Positions 9,400 through 19,216 of a DNA stretch of 64,000 nucleotides are shown one piece after another. Source of the stretch: a virus (taxonomy: Duplodnaviria > Caudoviricetes); the IMG/VR virus record IMGVR_UViG_3300026077_000001; one strand, 5' to 3'. The translations under genes and the position numbers were made by a program. Each line of letters begins with the position of its first letter. The stretch's first letter is position 1. Under the pieces are notes generated by a model. The model was not told the origin of the DNA. It was given only the letters and a program-made list of their open reading frames with translations, and did no database searches.

Positions 9400-10791
9400 A
9401 TGGATTTAACTCTTACGTCAAAACTCCTGAAGTATAGTCCTTCAGACGTACAAGCGGTACGTTATACAGTATCTTATGCCAAGAATAACTTTCAAGGTGA
9501 TGCTGTGGATGATTATATTCAAGAGCACTGTAAGTCACGTGCCAAGTTGGAGATAGCAGAGATCTTTTTAGGTGAGACCTCCAATGCAAACACTATTAGT
9601 GCTAAGTCAAGTGCTGCCAGTGGTAAGATTGACAAGATCAAAGAGAAGCCATCGACTGAGGGATCTACTTCCCCTGCAATGAAGTCTATTGAAGCAAAAG
9701 GCGATGCAAAGAAAGTAGGATACAAAGGTGGACTAGAAGGTACTGGTACTAATGTTGTACAGAAAGAAGAGACCGACTGGATCGCTGATGTCGTAGAAGA
9801 ATTAGGTGATGAGTTCGATGAGTTGACTGATGAGGATTTGGAGAATGTTATCCTCGAAGCACTAAGCGAACTAGACTCCGAAGAATTAATTACTGAGGCT
9901 TTAGATTCCTTTGAAGATCTAGAGTTATTAACAGAAGCACCATCAAAGCATTCAGCATTCCCTAATGTTGCAGTGCAGAAACCTCAAAAGGAAAAGCCTG
10001 CACGTGATGCTGGTGCAATTGCTAAGAAGCGTTTATCAGATAAACAGGGATCTAAACCTGCTAAGTCAGATAAACCTAGCCGTATGGCTCGTCTTGGTAA
10101 TGCTGCTAAGAGAGTAGGATCAGCCGTTAAGTCTGGTGCTAAATCAGTAGCTAAAGGTGCAGTTAAAGGTGCGGGTTATGCTACTGGTTTAGCACAACGT
10201 GCGGCTTCAACTACTAAGAAAGAGTTCTCTAAAGGTAGAGAGCGTGGTCTTAAAGGTAGTGGTGCGAAGAAGGCAGTTGCTTCTTCTTCAGGATCTGGAT
10301 CTTCAGGATCTGGTGACACTCCCACTTCAAACTTAGCGAAGACTTCTTCTACAACCACAACAACCACAACAACAGGTGGTGGCGGTGGTTCTGGTGAAAC
10401 AAAACCCAAGAAAAAATCTCTATTACGTCGTGCTGCAGGTGCGATAGGTAGAGGTCTCAAAAAGGTCGTGGGTAAAACCTCACGTGCTGTTTCTAAGGGT
10501 TCCGATAAACTAGCAAGGAAACTTGGAGAAGACTCCACTATGGAAAACAAAGTACAACGTGTTCGTCAGATACTTGCGATGCAAGAAACTGCTGCTCACG
10601 ATAAGAGATCACTAGATGCTAATGCTAACTCTTGGAGAGAGCGTCTTGGTTGGGACTTAGAAGAAGAGAAGACTCCTGAGCAAAAGAAGAAGTCTGATGT
10701 TCTTAAGCAAACCAAAGATCTTACAAACAAAGGTAAGCACAAAGAAGCATCTGCTTTATTCAAAAAACATTTCCCTAACTTTGGTAAATAA
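9400..10791 (+). CDS. Putative head-internal protein with acidic L/I-x-E-rich block and basic low-complexity block
   Basis: CTAAATA at 9371-9377; ILEA, ITEA, LTEA motifs; S/G/T runs. Confidence 0.6.
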   Translation: MDLTLTSKLLKYSPSDVQAVRYTVSYAKNNFQGDAVDDYIQEHCKSRAKLEIAEIFLGETSNANTISAKSSAASGKIDKIKEKPSTEGSTSPAMKSIEAKGDAKKVGYKGGLEGTGTNVVQKEETDWIADVVEELGDEFDELTDEDLENVILEALSELDSEELITEALDSFEDLELLTEAPSKHSAFPNVAVQKPQKEKPARDAGAIAKKRLSDKQGSKPAKSDKPSRMARLGNAAKRVGSAVKSGAKSVAKGAVKGAGYATGLAQRAASTTKKEFSKGRERGLKGSGAKKAVASSSGSGSSGSGDTPTSNLAKTSSTTTTTTTTGGGGGSGETKPKKKSLLRRAAGAIGRGLKKVVGKTSRAVSKGSDKLARKLGEDSTMENKVQRVRQILAMQETAAHDKRSLDANANSWRERLGWDLEEEKTPEQKKKSDVLKQTKDLTNKGKHKEASALFKKHFPNFGK

Positions 10792-10793
10792 CT

Positions 10794-11246
10794 ATGGCTA
10801 AAAAGGTGAAGGGTAAAAAAACCACCGTAATTGTTAACCCCAAAAAGGACGATCTAATGAAAGAGGACATCAAAAGATTACTTCGTAGTGAAGTTGATAG
10901 CTTGCGTGAAGCAGCTAAGAAGAAGCTCGATCCTGTAGGGAAGGAAGACAAGGACATCGATAACGATGGTGACAAGGACAACTCTGACACATATCTTCTA
11001 AACAAAAGGAAGAAGATAACTAAAAGTGTCACAGGTAAAACACCCAAGCACCTTTGTGCTAAGTATGTCGAACATAAAGAGTTCGGTGTATGCGAGACCA
11101 TTCCTGGTGCTCACGATCTAGTGGAGCAAGAGGATGGATCTTATAAAGTATTTCATTATGACCTCAAGGATGAGTCAGGTAACCTTTATGAGGACGTATC
11201 TATTGAGGACTTCGAAGTAATAGTAGAGATGGAGCACGCTCACTAA
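10794..11246 (+). CDS. Hypothetical late protein with DxDxDG motif
   Basis: GTAAATA at 10784-10790; LDPVGKEDKDIDNDGDKDNSD. Confidence 0.65.
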   Translation: MAKKVKGKKTTVIVNPKKDDLMKEDIKRLLRSEVDSLREAAKKKLDPVGKEDKDIDNDGDKDNSDTYLLNKRKKITKSVTGKTPKHLCAKYVEHKEFGVCETIPGAHDLVEQEDGSYKVFHYDLKDESGNLYEDVSIEDFEVIVEMEHAH

Positions 11247-13042
11247 TGAAAAGTTTTAAATCCTTTAATGAAGCTGTTGCTAACAAGAAGCAATCTGATG
11301 CTATAGCACAAGCAAAGTTAGATCGTAAGTCTGCACTTAAAGTTAAGTCTGTTAAGTACAGAAAGGAGAACAATCAGGTTGGTGACCCTAACTCTAGTGC
11401 ACCTGAACAGAATTTCTCTGAAGCTAAGGTAGATGCTGGTAAGTCTCCTGAAACAAAAGAGAAGGATAGGAACGTACGTAAGTTTGGTGTAAGTCATAAC
11501 GTATCAGGTCACGGTAAACTAAGAAGATCTCTTCATAGGATGAACCGTGGAGATAAAAAGATACCTGGTGATAAGTCTAAATGGATGGAGATGGAAGGGA
11601 AGGATTACGGTATCACTAGGGGAGATGGTAAACCAAAGGGTGTTATGAAAGCATACCTTGATGCCAAAGCAAAGAAATTAAGTAAAGAAAAGGCAGCACA
11701 AAAGCCTGAGTATAGAAACAACCCTGCATTTGGTGATCCATCACATCATTCAAACAGAAAGAACATTAAAGAATTTGTAGGAACAACTATAGCTGGAACT
11801 GCTGGAGCAGCGACTGCAAAGAAAGGTGATAAGGTTCGTAAGGCAGTTGGTTCTGGTGCAGGATATGCAGTAGGTTCCACAGCTGGTCGTGCAGCTGGTG
11901 GTGCAGTTGGTCAAGCAGTAGGTAGAGCAACGGTTCCTATTGTTGGTGGTGCAGTTGGTAAACAGGTAGGTAAAGTAATTGGTGGTACTGCAGGCGGTGT
12001 AGCAGGTGCTGTTGCAGGTAACAAGTTAGCTGGTACATCAAAGAAGAAAGTAAAGGAAGAGGTAGAATTAACTGAAGCTCCTGGAGTTAGTACAGCTATA
12101 TCTCAAGGTGTTAAACAAGGTGGTAAGTGGGCTGTTCGTCAAGGAATAAAAGTTGGTGGTAAACAAGGTGGTTACGCTGTAAAGAAAGCAGGTAAATATG
12201 CAGGACAAGCTGCTAAAGAAACTGCTGTTGAATATGGTAAAGGAGCACTTAAAGGTGCTAAAGAAAGAGCTGGTAAAGCAGGTGAACGTCACGCAAAGAA
12301 TTTAAGTCTGCCACAACAGACAACTAACGAAGGTCTTGCTACTGCAGGTGGATTAACTTATAAAAAGTCTGAAAAACCAGGTAAATTTGAAAAAGCAGGT
12401 AGAGTTGTAGGTGGAATTGGTGGAAGTATTGGTGGCAGTATAGGTGGTGCTGCAGCTGCAGGTGCTGCAGGTAGTGTCGTACCTGTTGCAGGTACTGCTG
12501 CAGGTGGAATTGCAGGAGGAATTGCAGGAGGAGTTGCTGGTGATATAGCTGGCACAAGAACTGGTGGTTCTATAGGTCAAAAAATTGATAAATTAACAGG
12601 TGGAAACAAGAAACCAGTTGCTAAGAAGACTACTGCAGTTACTAAAGAGTCTAAAGACATTGCAGATATACTTGCAAGACTAGAGAAGAAACGTATCAGT
12701 AAGGGTGGAGACGCAAAGGACTCACCACTACCTGCGTTCCGTAAGTATCACGCTGACAAAGATAAGAAGAAGAAAGAAGTAAAAGAAGATGTGATAGGTG
12801 AAGAAGGTTACGATCACTGGAGAGACAAACAACTTGAGAAGTATGGTACTGGGTGGAGATCTAATGACAGACCTAGACCATCATCAGGTGGTGGAAAGCA
12901 CAGTGGTAACGATAAGATGACCAAGAAGAAGAACTCTGACAAGGCATTGGACAGTGTAGTAAGTGACCTCAAGAAAAAATATGGGGACAAAGCTGTGCTA
13001 GTATCAAAGAGAAAGTACAGAGGAGGCAAGAGAGTACAATGA
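11246..13042 (+). CDS. Putative head-internal modular protein with two glycine-zipper segments
   Basis: N-terminus MKSFKSFNEA; GxxxG repeats; Lys-rich modules separated by x-x-E motifs. Confidence 0.6.
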   Translation: MKSFKSFNEAVANKKQSDAIAQAKLDRKSALKVKSVKYRKENNQVGDPNSSAPEQNFSEAKVDAGKSPETKEKDRNVRKFGVSHNVSGHGKLRRSLHRMNRGDKKIPGDKSKWMEMEGKDYGITRGDGKPKGVMKAYLDAKAKKLSKEKAAQKPEYRNNPAFGDPSHHSNRKNIKEFVGTTIAGTAGAATAKKGDKVRKAVGSGAGYAVGSTAGRAAGGAVGQAVGRATVPIVGGAVGKQVGKVIGGTAGGVAGAVAGNKLAGTSKKKVKEEVELTEAPGVSTAISQGVKQGGKWAVRQGIKVGGKQGGYAVKKAGKYAGQAAKETAVEYGKGALKGAKERAGKAGERHAKNLSLPQQTTNEGLATAGGLTYKKSEKPGKFEKAGRVVGGIGGSIGGSIGGAAAAGAAGSVVPVAGTAAGGIAGGIAGGVAGDIAGTRTGGSIGQKIDKLTGGNKKPVAKKTTAVTKESKDIADILARLEKKRISKGGDAKDSPLPAFRKYHADKDKKKKEVKEDVIGEEGYDHWRDKQLEKYGTGWRSNDRPRPSSGGGKHSGNDKMTKKKNSDKALDSVVSDLKKKYGDKAVLVSKRKYRGGKRVQ

Positions 13043-13344
13043 GTTGGTTACCCGATGACTTAGGTCCTATGGCTCAATTTGATGAGCGTGTATTAGCACA
13101 GTTCAATGATGCTAAATCAAAGAAGAGGATACAAGATAACGAGGATAAGAATACCGAGCAGAAATTAAAGATGGTGCACGGTAAGAAGAAGGTCGGTAAG
13201 GATTGGAGAAAGTTTAAGTCTGAATTAGATCAGAAAAAAGCAGACGAGAAGAAAAATGCACGTGTAGATAAGAAGAAAGGAGTACGTGCTCTATCAGGTG
13301 GCAAGTGGGGTTACGTTAAGGATGGCAAATTTAAGTCTGATTGA
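13039..13344 (+). CDS. Lys-rich hypothetical protein
   Basis: ORF coupled to upstream stop. Confidence 0.65.
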   Translation: MSWLPDDLGPMAQFDERVLAQFNDAKSKKRIQDNEDKNTEQKLKMVHGKKKVGKDWRKFKSELDQKKADEKKNARVDKKKGVRALSGGKWGYVKDGKFKSD

Positions 13345-13364
13345 TCATATATACTTCTAGATAA

Positions 13365-13565
13365 TTGACTAGAGTTATGATTAACTTCTTAATGCCCATT
13401 GCTATTAGCATCATTAACAAAGCTATTGATAGAATACCAGAAGATCTGGATTCTGTTATCAAAGACTTTGTTATTAAGATCCTAAAGAAAGCAGCTGCCA
13501 AGACTGATAATAAGGTTGACGATGAACTCGTTGCTGCAGTCGCTAAGGCACTACTCGAATCTTAG
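13365..13565 (+). CDS. Small conserved hypothetical protein
   Basis: KAAAKTDNKVDDELV pattern familiar from cyanophage/cyanobacterial small proteins. Confidence 0.65.
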   Translation: MTRVMINFLMPIAISIINKAIDRIPEDLDSVIKDFVIKILKKAAAKTDNKVDDELVAAVAKALLES

Positions 13566-13570
13566 TAGCA

Positions 13571-13578
13571 TATAAATA
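13571..13578 (+). promoter_or_regulatory. T4 late promoter
   Basis: Exact TATAAATA upstream of ATG 13613. Confidence 0.75.
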
Positions 13579-13612
13579 AAACATAGAACAGTACAAATCT
13601 CTGGAGATACCA

Positions 13613-14440
13613 ATGGCAGTCCACGGAAAAATAGATGCTGCAGCCTTTAGTAATACTATAGGGGTCGTTAATGGCGACGCTACAGTAACTAAAAATGCTG
13701 GGGACTCTGTAGTTGTAGGTGATGTGCTAAACATTAGTAGTGTAAACTATATTGTTAAGCAAGTAACTAGCACTACTGCAATAGAATTGCACAAGAATTA
13801 TGCAGGAAGCACAGCAACTGTTGCTGCTGCATCCGTTATAAGGAGAACACCTCCTAAAGCAGTCGCAGAATACGTCATCAAAGGTGGTGACAGTAATTCA
13901 AACTACGACTTAGTTTTTGTTGATACATCTGAAGATGGTATCGCATCAAACAAAACTCGTGGTATCACTGGACCTGGTTGGTGGCTGTATCAAACTTATC
14001 AAACACATAATGGTACTGAACGTCACAAGGCAGAGTGTTTAGTTCCCCTCAAGGTTGCTGCTGGTACAGCAGGTGACTTTGCTCAGGATACTATTGACGC
14101 TGATGTCAACGAGACAATCACAGTCGGTACACAACCTGCTAACTCTACTTCTTCTAGTGGTGCTGGAACATTCGTTGCTGCATTCACAGTGGATCAGTCT
14201 GGTACTAAGGTTTACAAGTGGCAACGTCAGACAGCAAATGCAACTACTCGTTGGGTAGATATTGCTGCTGGTACTGATACTGGTATCACATACGCTGACT
14301 TCACTACAGCAACACTTGCTTACAGTGGACTCGCAGGTACTACACTTAACGGTTATAAGTATCGTTGCGTACTTAACACCAGTAAGGGTGCTGAGACTAA
14401 GTATACCAATGGAGCAGCGACTCTAACATTTGGTAGTTAA
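13613..14440 (+). CDS. Virion structural protein with C-terminal Ig-like domain
   Basis: Thr/Ala/Gly beta-rich; YKWQ...YRCV Ig-like pattern; late promoter. Confidence 0.7.
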   Translation: MAVHGKIDAAAFSNTIGVVNGDATVTKNAGDSVVVGDVLNISSVNYIVKQVTSTTAIELHKNYAGSTATVAAASVIRRTPPKAVAEYVIKGGDSNSNYDLVFVDTSEDGIASNKTRGITGPGWWLYQTYQTHNGTERHKAECLVPLKVAAGTAGDFAQDTIDADVNETITVGTQPANSTSSSGAGTFVAAFTVDQSGTKVYKWQRQTANATTRWVDIAAGTDTGITYADFTTATLAYSGLAGTTLNGYKYRCVLNTSKGAETKYTNGAATLTFGS

Positions 14441-14456
14441 TTTTATTTAATTTGGT

Positions 14457-14828
14457 ATGAATTTTAGTAATCTCAATGCGGAGAACTTCTTGTTCTTCGC
14501 AATGAAGCATTACGACAACCCCCAGTCTGTGACATACGATGACTTCCTTGAAGATATGATGAGGTTTAAGTATCTCAAAAGACTCTTTGGAAGGTATGTT
14601 AAGACTGGGGTGTTACGTAATCATTTGATCTTGAATCATCTTATAGTACTGTTTAATGTATTTGGTGAGGCAGCGATCCCCCTACTTGTTTATAAACTAG
14701 AGAAACAGTACTGGGATATTCTGAAAACCTATCTGGTGTATATCAATAGATATCCTGAACAAGGATGTGGGACGCTAGATTTTGTAGAGGTCGATCCCAT
14801 AGTAAGTAAACAGTTATCGGAACTATAA
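14457..14828 (+). CDS. Conserved T4-like cyanophage hypothetical protein
   Basis: FAMKHYDNP, LILNHLIVLFNVFG. Confidence 0.8.
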   Translation: MNFSNLNAENFLFFAMKHYDNPQSVTYDDFLEDMMRFKYLKRLFGRYVKTGVLRNHLILNHLIVLFNVFGEAAIPLLVYKLEKQYWDILKTYLVYINRYPEQGCGTLDFVEVDPIVSKQLSEL

Positions 14829-15502
14829 TGAATCTAACTGACAAAGTTAAGCAAGGAATTGACAATGCCATACTAGAGAGACTAGGTGGTAAAGGTTACT
14901 CTAGGAAAGCCACTGGAGGTGGAGGTGACTGGGAAGATTCAGACAGAGGTGAAGGTAATAAGGCAACTAGAAGAGCAGGTGGTAAGGTAAAGGTAAAGAG
15001 TCCTACCTACATTGCTCACGTTAAGAATAAAAAGTTGAAGGAGGATGCTCCTACAATGAGTGCAGGTTCAGATCCTGCAGGTTTTAGTAACGATGCTGAT
15101 AATAATGGTCCTGTTGCAGGAGTAGATCAACCTTTAGGTGGTACACAGAAACAACCTAGTGGTAAGGGAGCAAAGAAAGCACTTAAGTATAAGTGTAAGA
15201 AGAGTAAAGACGGTGTGAATGAAATTGATTGTCGTGTTAAGAGTAATGTAAAAGAGGGAAGACAACCTGATGATGCTGCATCATCTGGTAACCCACGGTA
15301 CTTACCATTCAAAGTCAGGTGTGATAGTCCTACCTGTCCTGGATGTATGGAGTTTATATACTATGGTAAGTCACCTGCTGAGGTAAAGATTGAACTCAGA
15401 AAGATATACAGACCAGAGAGACTAAAGCATTTAACAATTACTAGGGTATACCCTGCTGATGTATTGAAGTACTACTGGGATAAGCGTAGGGCAGCAATGT
15501 AA
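14828..15502 (+). CDS. Hypothetical modular basic protein
   Basis: ILER, LKEDAP, VKEG motifs; CxxPxC near C-terminus. Confidence 0.65.
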   Translation: MNLTDKVKQGIDNAILERLGGKGYSRKATGGGGDWEDSDRGEGNKATRRAGGKVKVKSPTYIAHVKNKKLKEDAPTMSAGSDPAGFSNDADNNGPVAGVDQPLGGTQKQPSGKGAKKALKYKCKKSKDGVNEIDCRVKSNVKEGRQPDDAASSGNPRYLPFKVRCDSPTCPGCMEFIYYGKSPAEVKIELRKIYRPERLKHLTITRVYPADVLKYYWDKRRAAM

Positions 15503-15888
15503 TGTCAGATATAAATGGAGCAATACTGGAGCGACTGGAAAAGGTCGTTGATAAACTCTCCGAGAACTCTTCTAAGATGGGGGAGTTACTTGCTGTTCAT
15601 AATGAGAAGTTAGATAAACAGGATAGAATTGATGCTGTACTCTTTGAAAAGATAGAGTCAGTTCATAGAGAAATTAATAGGAGATCAGATGAGATCAAGA
15701 AAGGATGTGAACGAGACATACGAAAGGTCGATGACCGTCTTCGCACGATGGAAAAGAAGATGTGGTCTATTTTTGGTGCTCTTTCTATTATATCTGTCAT
15801 CGTTAGTCCAATCGGACAATCGGTCCTCAGGAACTTGACAGAAACTACTCCACCATCTATAGTAAATTCAGGCGATATGATTATGTGA
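15502..15888 (+). CDS. Conserved coiled-coil protein with C-terminal TM segment
   Basis: Heptad-rich, then WSIFGALSIISVIV. Confidence 0.7.
   Translation: MSDINGAILERLEKVVDKLSENSSKMGELLAVHNEKLDKQDRIDAVLFEKIESVHREINRRSDEIKKGCERDIRKVDDRLRTMEKKMWSIFGALSIISVIVSPIGQSVLRNLTETTPPSIVNSGDMIM
15835..15863 (+). promoter_or_regulatory. Sigma70-type promoter for primase/nrd genes
   Basis: TTGACA-N17-TATAGT. Confidence 0.7.
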
Positions 15889-16877
15889 GTTACATTGACA
15901 TCAAGTACGCTCGCCTAGTAGGTGGACGACTTGATAAATTCAAAGAAAAGAAATCAGGACTATACAACTTCCGTTGTCCTTACTGTGGTGACTCAGAGAA
16001 GCACAAGAGTAAGGCACGGGGGTATTTTTTTCTCAAGCAGAACGATTTAATATACAAGTGTCATAACTGTGGTGTTGGTAGAACACTAGGTAACTTCCTC
16101 AAAGATCACGCACGTGATTTGTTTGATGAGTTTGTGTTGGAAAGATATAAAGAAGGACTAACAGGTAAGCATAGGAGGGCACCAAATCCTATAATCAAAA
16201 CATCAAAACCAAAGTTTAAAACTAGTACTAACCTCCCAAATATTGCATCGCTAAATAAAGAACATCCAGCACGTGAATATCTTGAGCAACGTAAGATTCC
16301 AATCGACAAATTGGAACATTTGTATTACGCTGATCACTTCAAACAGTATGTAAACTCGGTAAAACAAACCTTCGATAGTTTGAAGAATGATCAACCCCGA
16401 ATCATCATCCCTCTTAAGGATGAGGATGGTAGTATGTTCGGGTTACAAGGGAGATCTTTAGATCCTATTTCGAAGTTACGTTATATAACTATTATCTTTA
16501 ACGAGGACAAACCCAAACTCTTCGGTCTCGACCGCATTAATTATGAAGAACCCATTTACATCGTCGAAGGACCAATCGACTCGCTCTTCTTGGTCAATTC
16601 CGTTGCGATGGCTGGGTCTGATGTTAATATTAGGTCGCTTGGTTGGAGCGATTATATTTGGGTTTATGATAACGAGCCTCGGAACAAACAAATCGTTGAT
16701 CGAATCGAAGCAGCCATCGATAGAGGAGATCAAGTAGTTATCTGGCCAGATGGAATTGTTGAAAAGGACATCAATGATATGGTGTTGGGTGGACAAAATG
16801 TGCAGAATCTAGTACAATCAAATACGTACAAAGGACTGCAAGCAAAATTAAAACTATCACAGTGGAAAAAAGTATGA
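15885..16877 (+). CDS. gp61: DNA primase gp61
   Basis: CPYCGDS...CHNC zinc finger; VEGPIDS TOPRIM. Confidence 0.96.
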   Translation: MSYIDIKYARLVGGRLDKFKEKKSGLYNFRCPYCGDSEKHKSKARGYFFLKQNDLIYKCHNCGVGRTLGNFLKDHARDLFDEFVLERYKEGLTGKHRRAPNPIIKTSKPKFKTSTNLPNIASLNKEHPAREYLEQRKIPIDKLEHLYYADHFKQYVNSVKQTFDSLKNDQPRIIIPLKDEDGSMFGLQGRSLDPISKLRYITIIFNEDKPKLFGLDRINYEEPIYIVEGPIDSLFLVNSVAMAGSDVNIRSLGWSDYIWVYDNEPRNKQIVDRIEAAIDRGDQVVIWPDGIVEKDINDMVLGGQNVQNLVQSNTYKGLQAKLKLSQWKKV

Positions 16878-19216
16878 ACGGAGGAATGAAAGTAATTAAG
16901 AGGGATGGTAGCATCGAACCTCTTACTCTTGATAAGATTCACAGGATGTGTGAATTTTCTTGCGAAGATCTGGCAGGTGTATCTGCAAGTCAGATTGAAA
17001 TGAATGCCAATCTACAATTCTTTGATGGCATTAAATCCTCAGAGATACAACAGATACTAATCAGGTCAGCGAGTGATCTTATTAGTACTGAGACACCCAA
17101 CTATCAGTACGTAGCAGCACGTCTGTTACTATTTGATATACGCAGAGAAGTATTTCCTGGTTGGGCAGATGAAACAGGTTACACACACCTTAAAGACCAC
17201 GTAGAGAAGTGTGTTGAAGATGGTGTATATGATTCTAGTATCATAGATAAGTATAGTGAAGGTGAGTGGAATCTAATCAATGGTTTCATAGATCACCAAC
17301 GTGATTATGGATTCACGTTTGCAGGTCTCCGTCAGATTGTTGACAAGTATCTTGTTCAAGATAGATCAACTGGAACTCTCTATGAGACCCCACAATATAT
17401 GTACATAATGGTAGCAGCAACGCTGTTCCAGAATTACCCCACAGAAACGAGACTTGATTATGTCAGACGCTACTACACCGCCACCTCCAAAGGAAAGATC
17501 AACATCCCAACACCAGTCCTCGCAGGCGTTCGAACCCCCATTCGTCAATTTGCAAGTTGTGTTCTGGTTGATGCTGATGACACCCTCGATAGTATCTTTA
17601 GCAGCGATATGGCTATTGGCAAATATGTCGCTCAAAGGGCAGGAATTGGTATCAACGCAGGTAGGATCAGGGGTATCAACAGTAAAATCAGGGGTGGAGA
17701 AGTTCAGCACACAGGTGTTGTCCCCTTCCTTAAAAAGTTCGAAAGCACTGTTAGATGTTGTACTCAGAACGGTATTAGAGGTGGGTCAGCGACAGTCCAC
17801 TTCCCCATCTGGCACCAAGAAATAGAGGACATCCTTGTACTTAAAAATAACAAAGGCACAGAAGACAATCGTGTTAGAAAGCTCGACTACAGTATCCAAG
17901 TTAGCGAGCTCTTCTACCAGAGGTTCATTGAGGATAAAGAGATATCTCTCTTTAGTCCTAACACCGTTCCAGGTTTGTATGAATCTTTTGGCACTGATAG
18001 TTTTAATGAACTTTACGAACGATATGAAAAGGATGAATCAATACCTAAGAAGACTATCAAGGCACAAGAATTAATCATTGATCTCTTAAAGGAGAGAGCA
18101 GAGACAGGTCGTATCTACATTATGAATATCGACCATTGTAATACACATAGTTCATTCAAAGATAAAGTTTATATGAGTAACCTCTGTCAGGAGATTACTC
18201 TACCTACAGATCCTATTCAACATATTGATGATGGTGATGCTGAGATTGCTTTGTGTATACTATCTGCTATCAATGTAGGTAAGTTAACTAAGAACTTAGA
18301 TGAGTTAGAAGAACTCTGTGACCTCTCTGTAAGGGGTCTAGAAGAACTTATAGACTACCAAAACTATCCTGTTGCTGCTGCTGAACGTAGTACTAAAAAC
18401 AGACGGTCTCTAGGCATAGGATTCATAGGATTAGCACATTACCTAGCAAAGAATGGTGTCAAATATAATGATCAAGAAGCATATGATTTAGTCCATCAGT
18501 TGACAGAAGCATTCCAATACTTCTTACTTAAGTCATCTAATGAACTTGCTAAAGAGAAAGGTTCTTGTGATGGTTTCGAACGTACCAAATATTACGATGG
18601 CATACTACCAATTGATACATATAAACAGGAAGTAGATGAGATTACTGAACCATCTTACAAATATGATTGGAATAGTTTACGGACATCTATCACAACCCAC
18701 GGTCTTAGGCACTCAACACTGTCCGCACAAATGCCTTCGGAGAGCAGTTCCATTGTGTCAAACGCAACAAATGGAATCGAGCCACCTAGAGACTACTTGT
18801 CCGTTAAAAAATCAAAGAAAGGACCCCTTAAGCAGATTGTTCCTGGGTTTCCCCACCTAAAGAACAAGTACACATTGCTATGGGATATGGAATCCAATGA
18901 GGGTTACATAAAGATCGTAGCAGTAATGCAGAAGTTTTTCGACCAAGCAATCAGTGGTAACTGGAGTTATAATCCAGAGAACTATCCTGATAACGAAGTC
19001 CCTATGCAAGTAATGGCTATGGACTGGTTAACCACATATAGATATGGATGGAAGACTTCTTATTATCAAAACACATATGATGCTAAGAAGGACGTTGACG
19101 AACCTTCACATCCAATAGGATGGAAGGATAACATTTCAGAAGGAGAGCAATCTCTTGATGAACTAATTAATGAACTCGCTACTGTGGAGGATGACTGTGA
19201 GTCCTGCAAAATCTGA
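16874..19216 (+). CDS. nrdA: Ribonucleotide reductase class Ia alpha subunit
   Basis: ATP cone, TPVLAG, SNLCQEI, C-terminal CESCKI; ATG 16874 overlaps primase stop. Confidence 0.98.
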   Translation: MNGGMKVIKRDGSIEPLTLDKIHRMCEFSCEDLAGVSASQIEMNANLQFFDGIKSSEIQQILIRSASDLISTETPNYQYVAARLLLFDIRREVFPGWADETGYTHLKDHVEKCVEDGVYDSSIIDKYSEGEWNLINGFIDHQRDYGFTFAGLRQIVDKYLVQDRSTGTLYETPQYMYIMVAATLFQNYPTETRLDYVRRYYTATSKGKINIPTPVLAGVRTPIRQFASCVLVDADDTLDSIFSSDMAIGKYVAQRAGIGINAGRIRGINSKIRGGEVQHTGVVPFLKKFESTVRCCTQNGIRGGSATVHFPIWHQEIEDILVLKNNKGTEDNRVRKLDYSIQVSELFYQRFIEDKEISLFSPNTVPGLYESFGTDSFNELYERYEKDESIPKKTIKAQELIIDLLKERAETGRIYIMNIDHCNTHSSFKDKVYMSNLCQEITLPTDPIQHIDDGDAEIALCILSAINVGKLTKNLDELEELCDLSVRGLEELIDYQNYPVAAAERSTKNRRSLGIGFIGLAHYLAKNGVKYNDQEAYDLVHQLTEAFQYFLLKSSNELAKEKGSCDGFERTKYYDGILPIDTYKQEVDEITEPSYKYDWNSLRTSITTHGLRHSTLSAQMPSESSSIVSNATNGIEPPRDYLSVKKSKKGPLKQIVPGFPHLKNKYTLLWDMESNEGYIKIVAVMQKFFDQAISGNWSYNPENYPDNEVPMQVMAMDWLTTYRYGWKTSYYQNTYDAKKDVDEPSHPIGWKDNISEGEQSLDELINELATVEDDCESCKI

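Noticed and set aside
10290-10400. Short tandem repeats (TCAGGATCTGG, ACAACC, GGT)
   Set aside because: They encode Ser/Gly/Thr linkers in frame; no spacer structure, so not CRISPR or a separate element.
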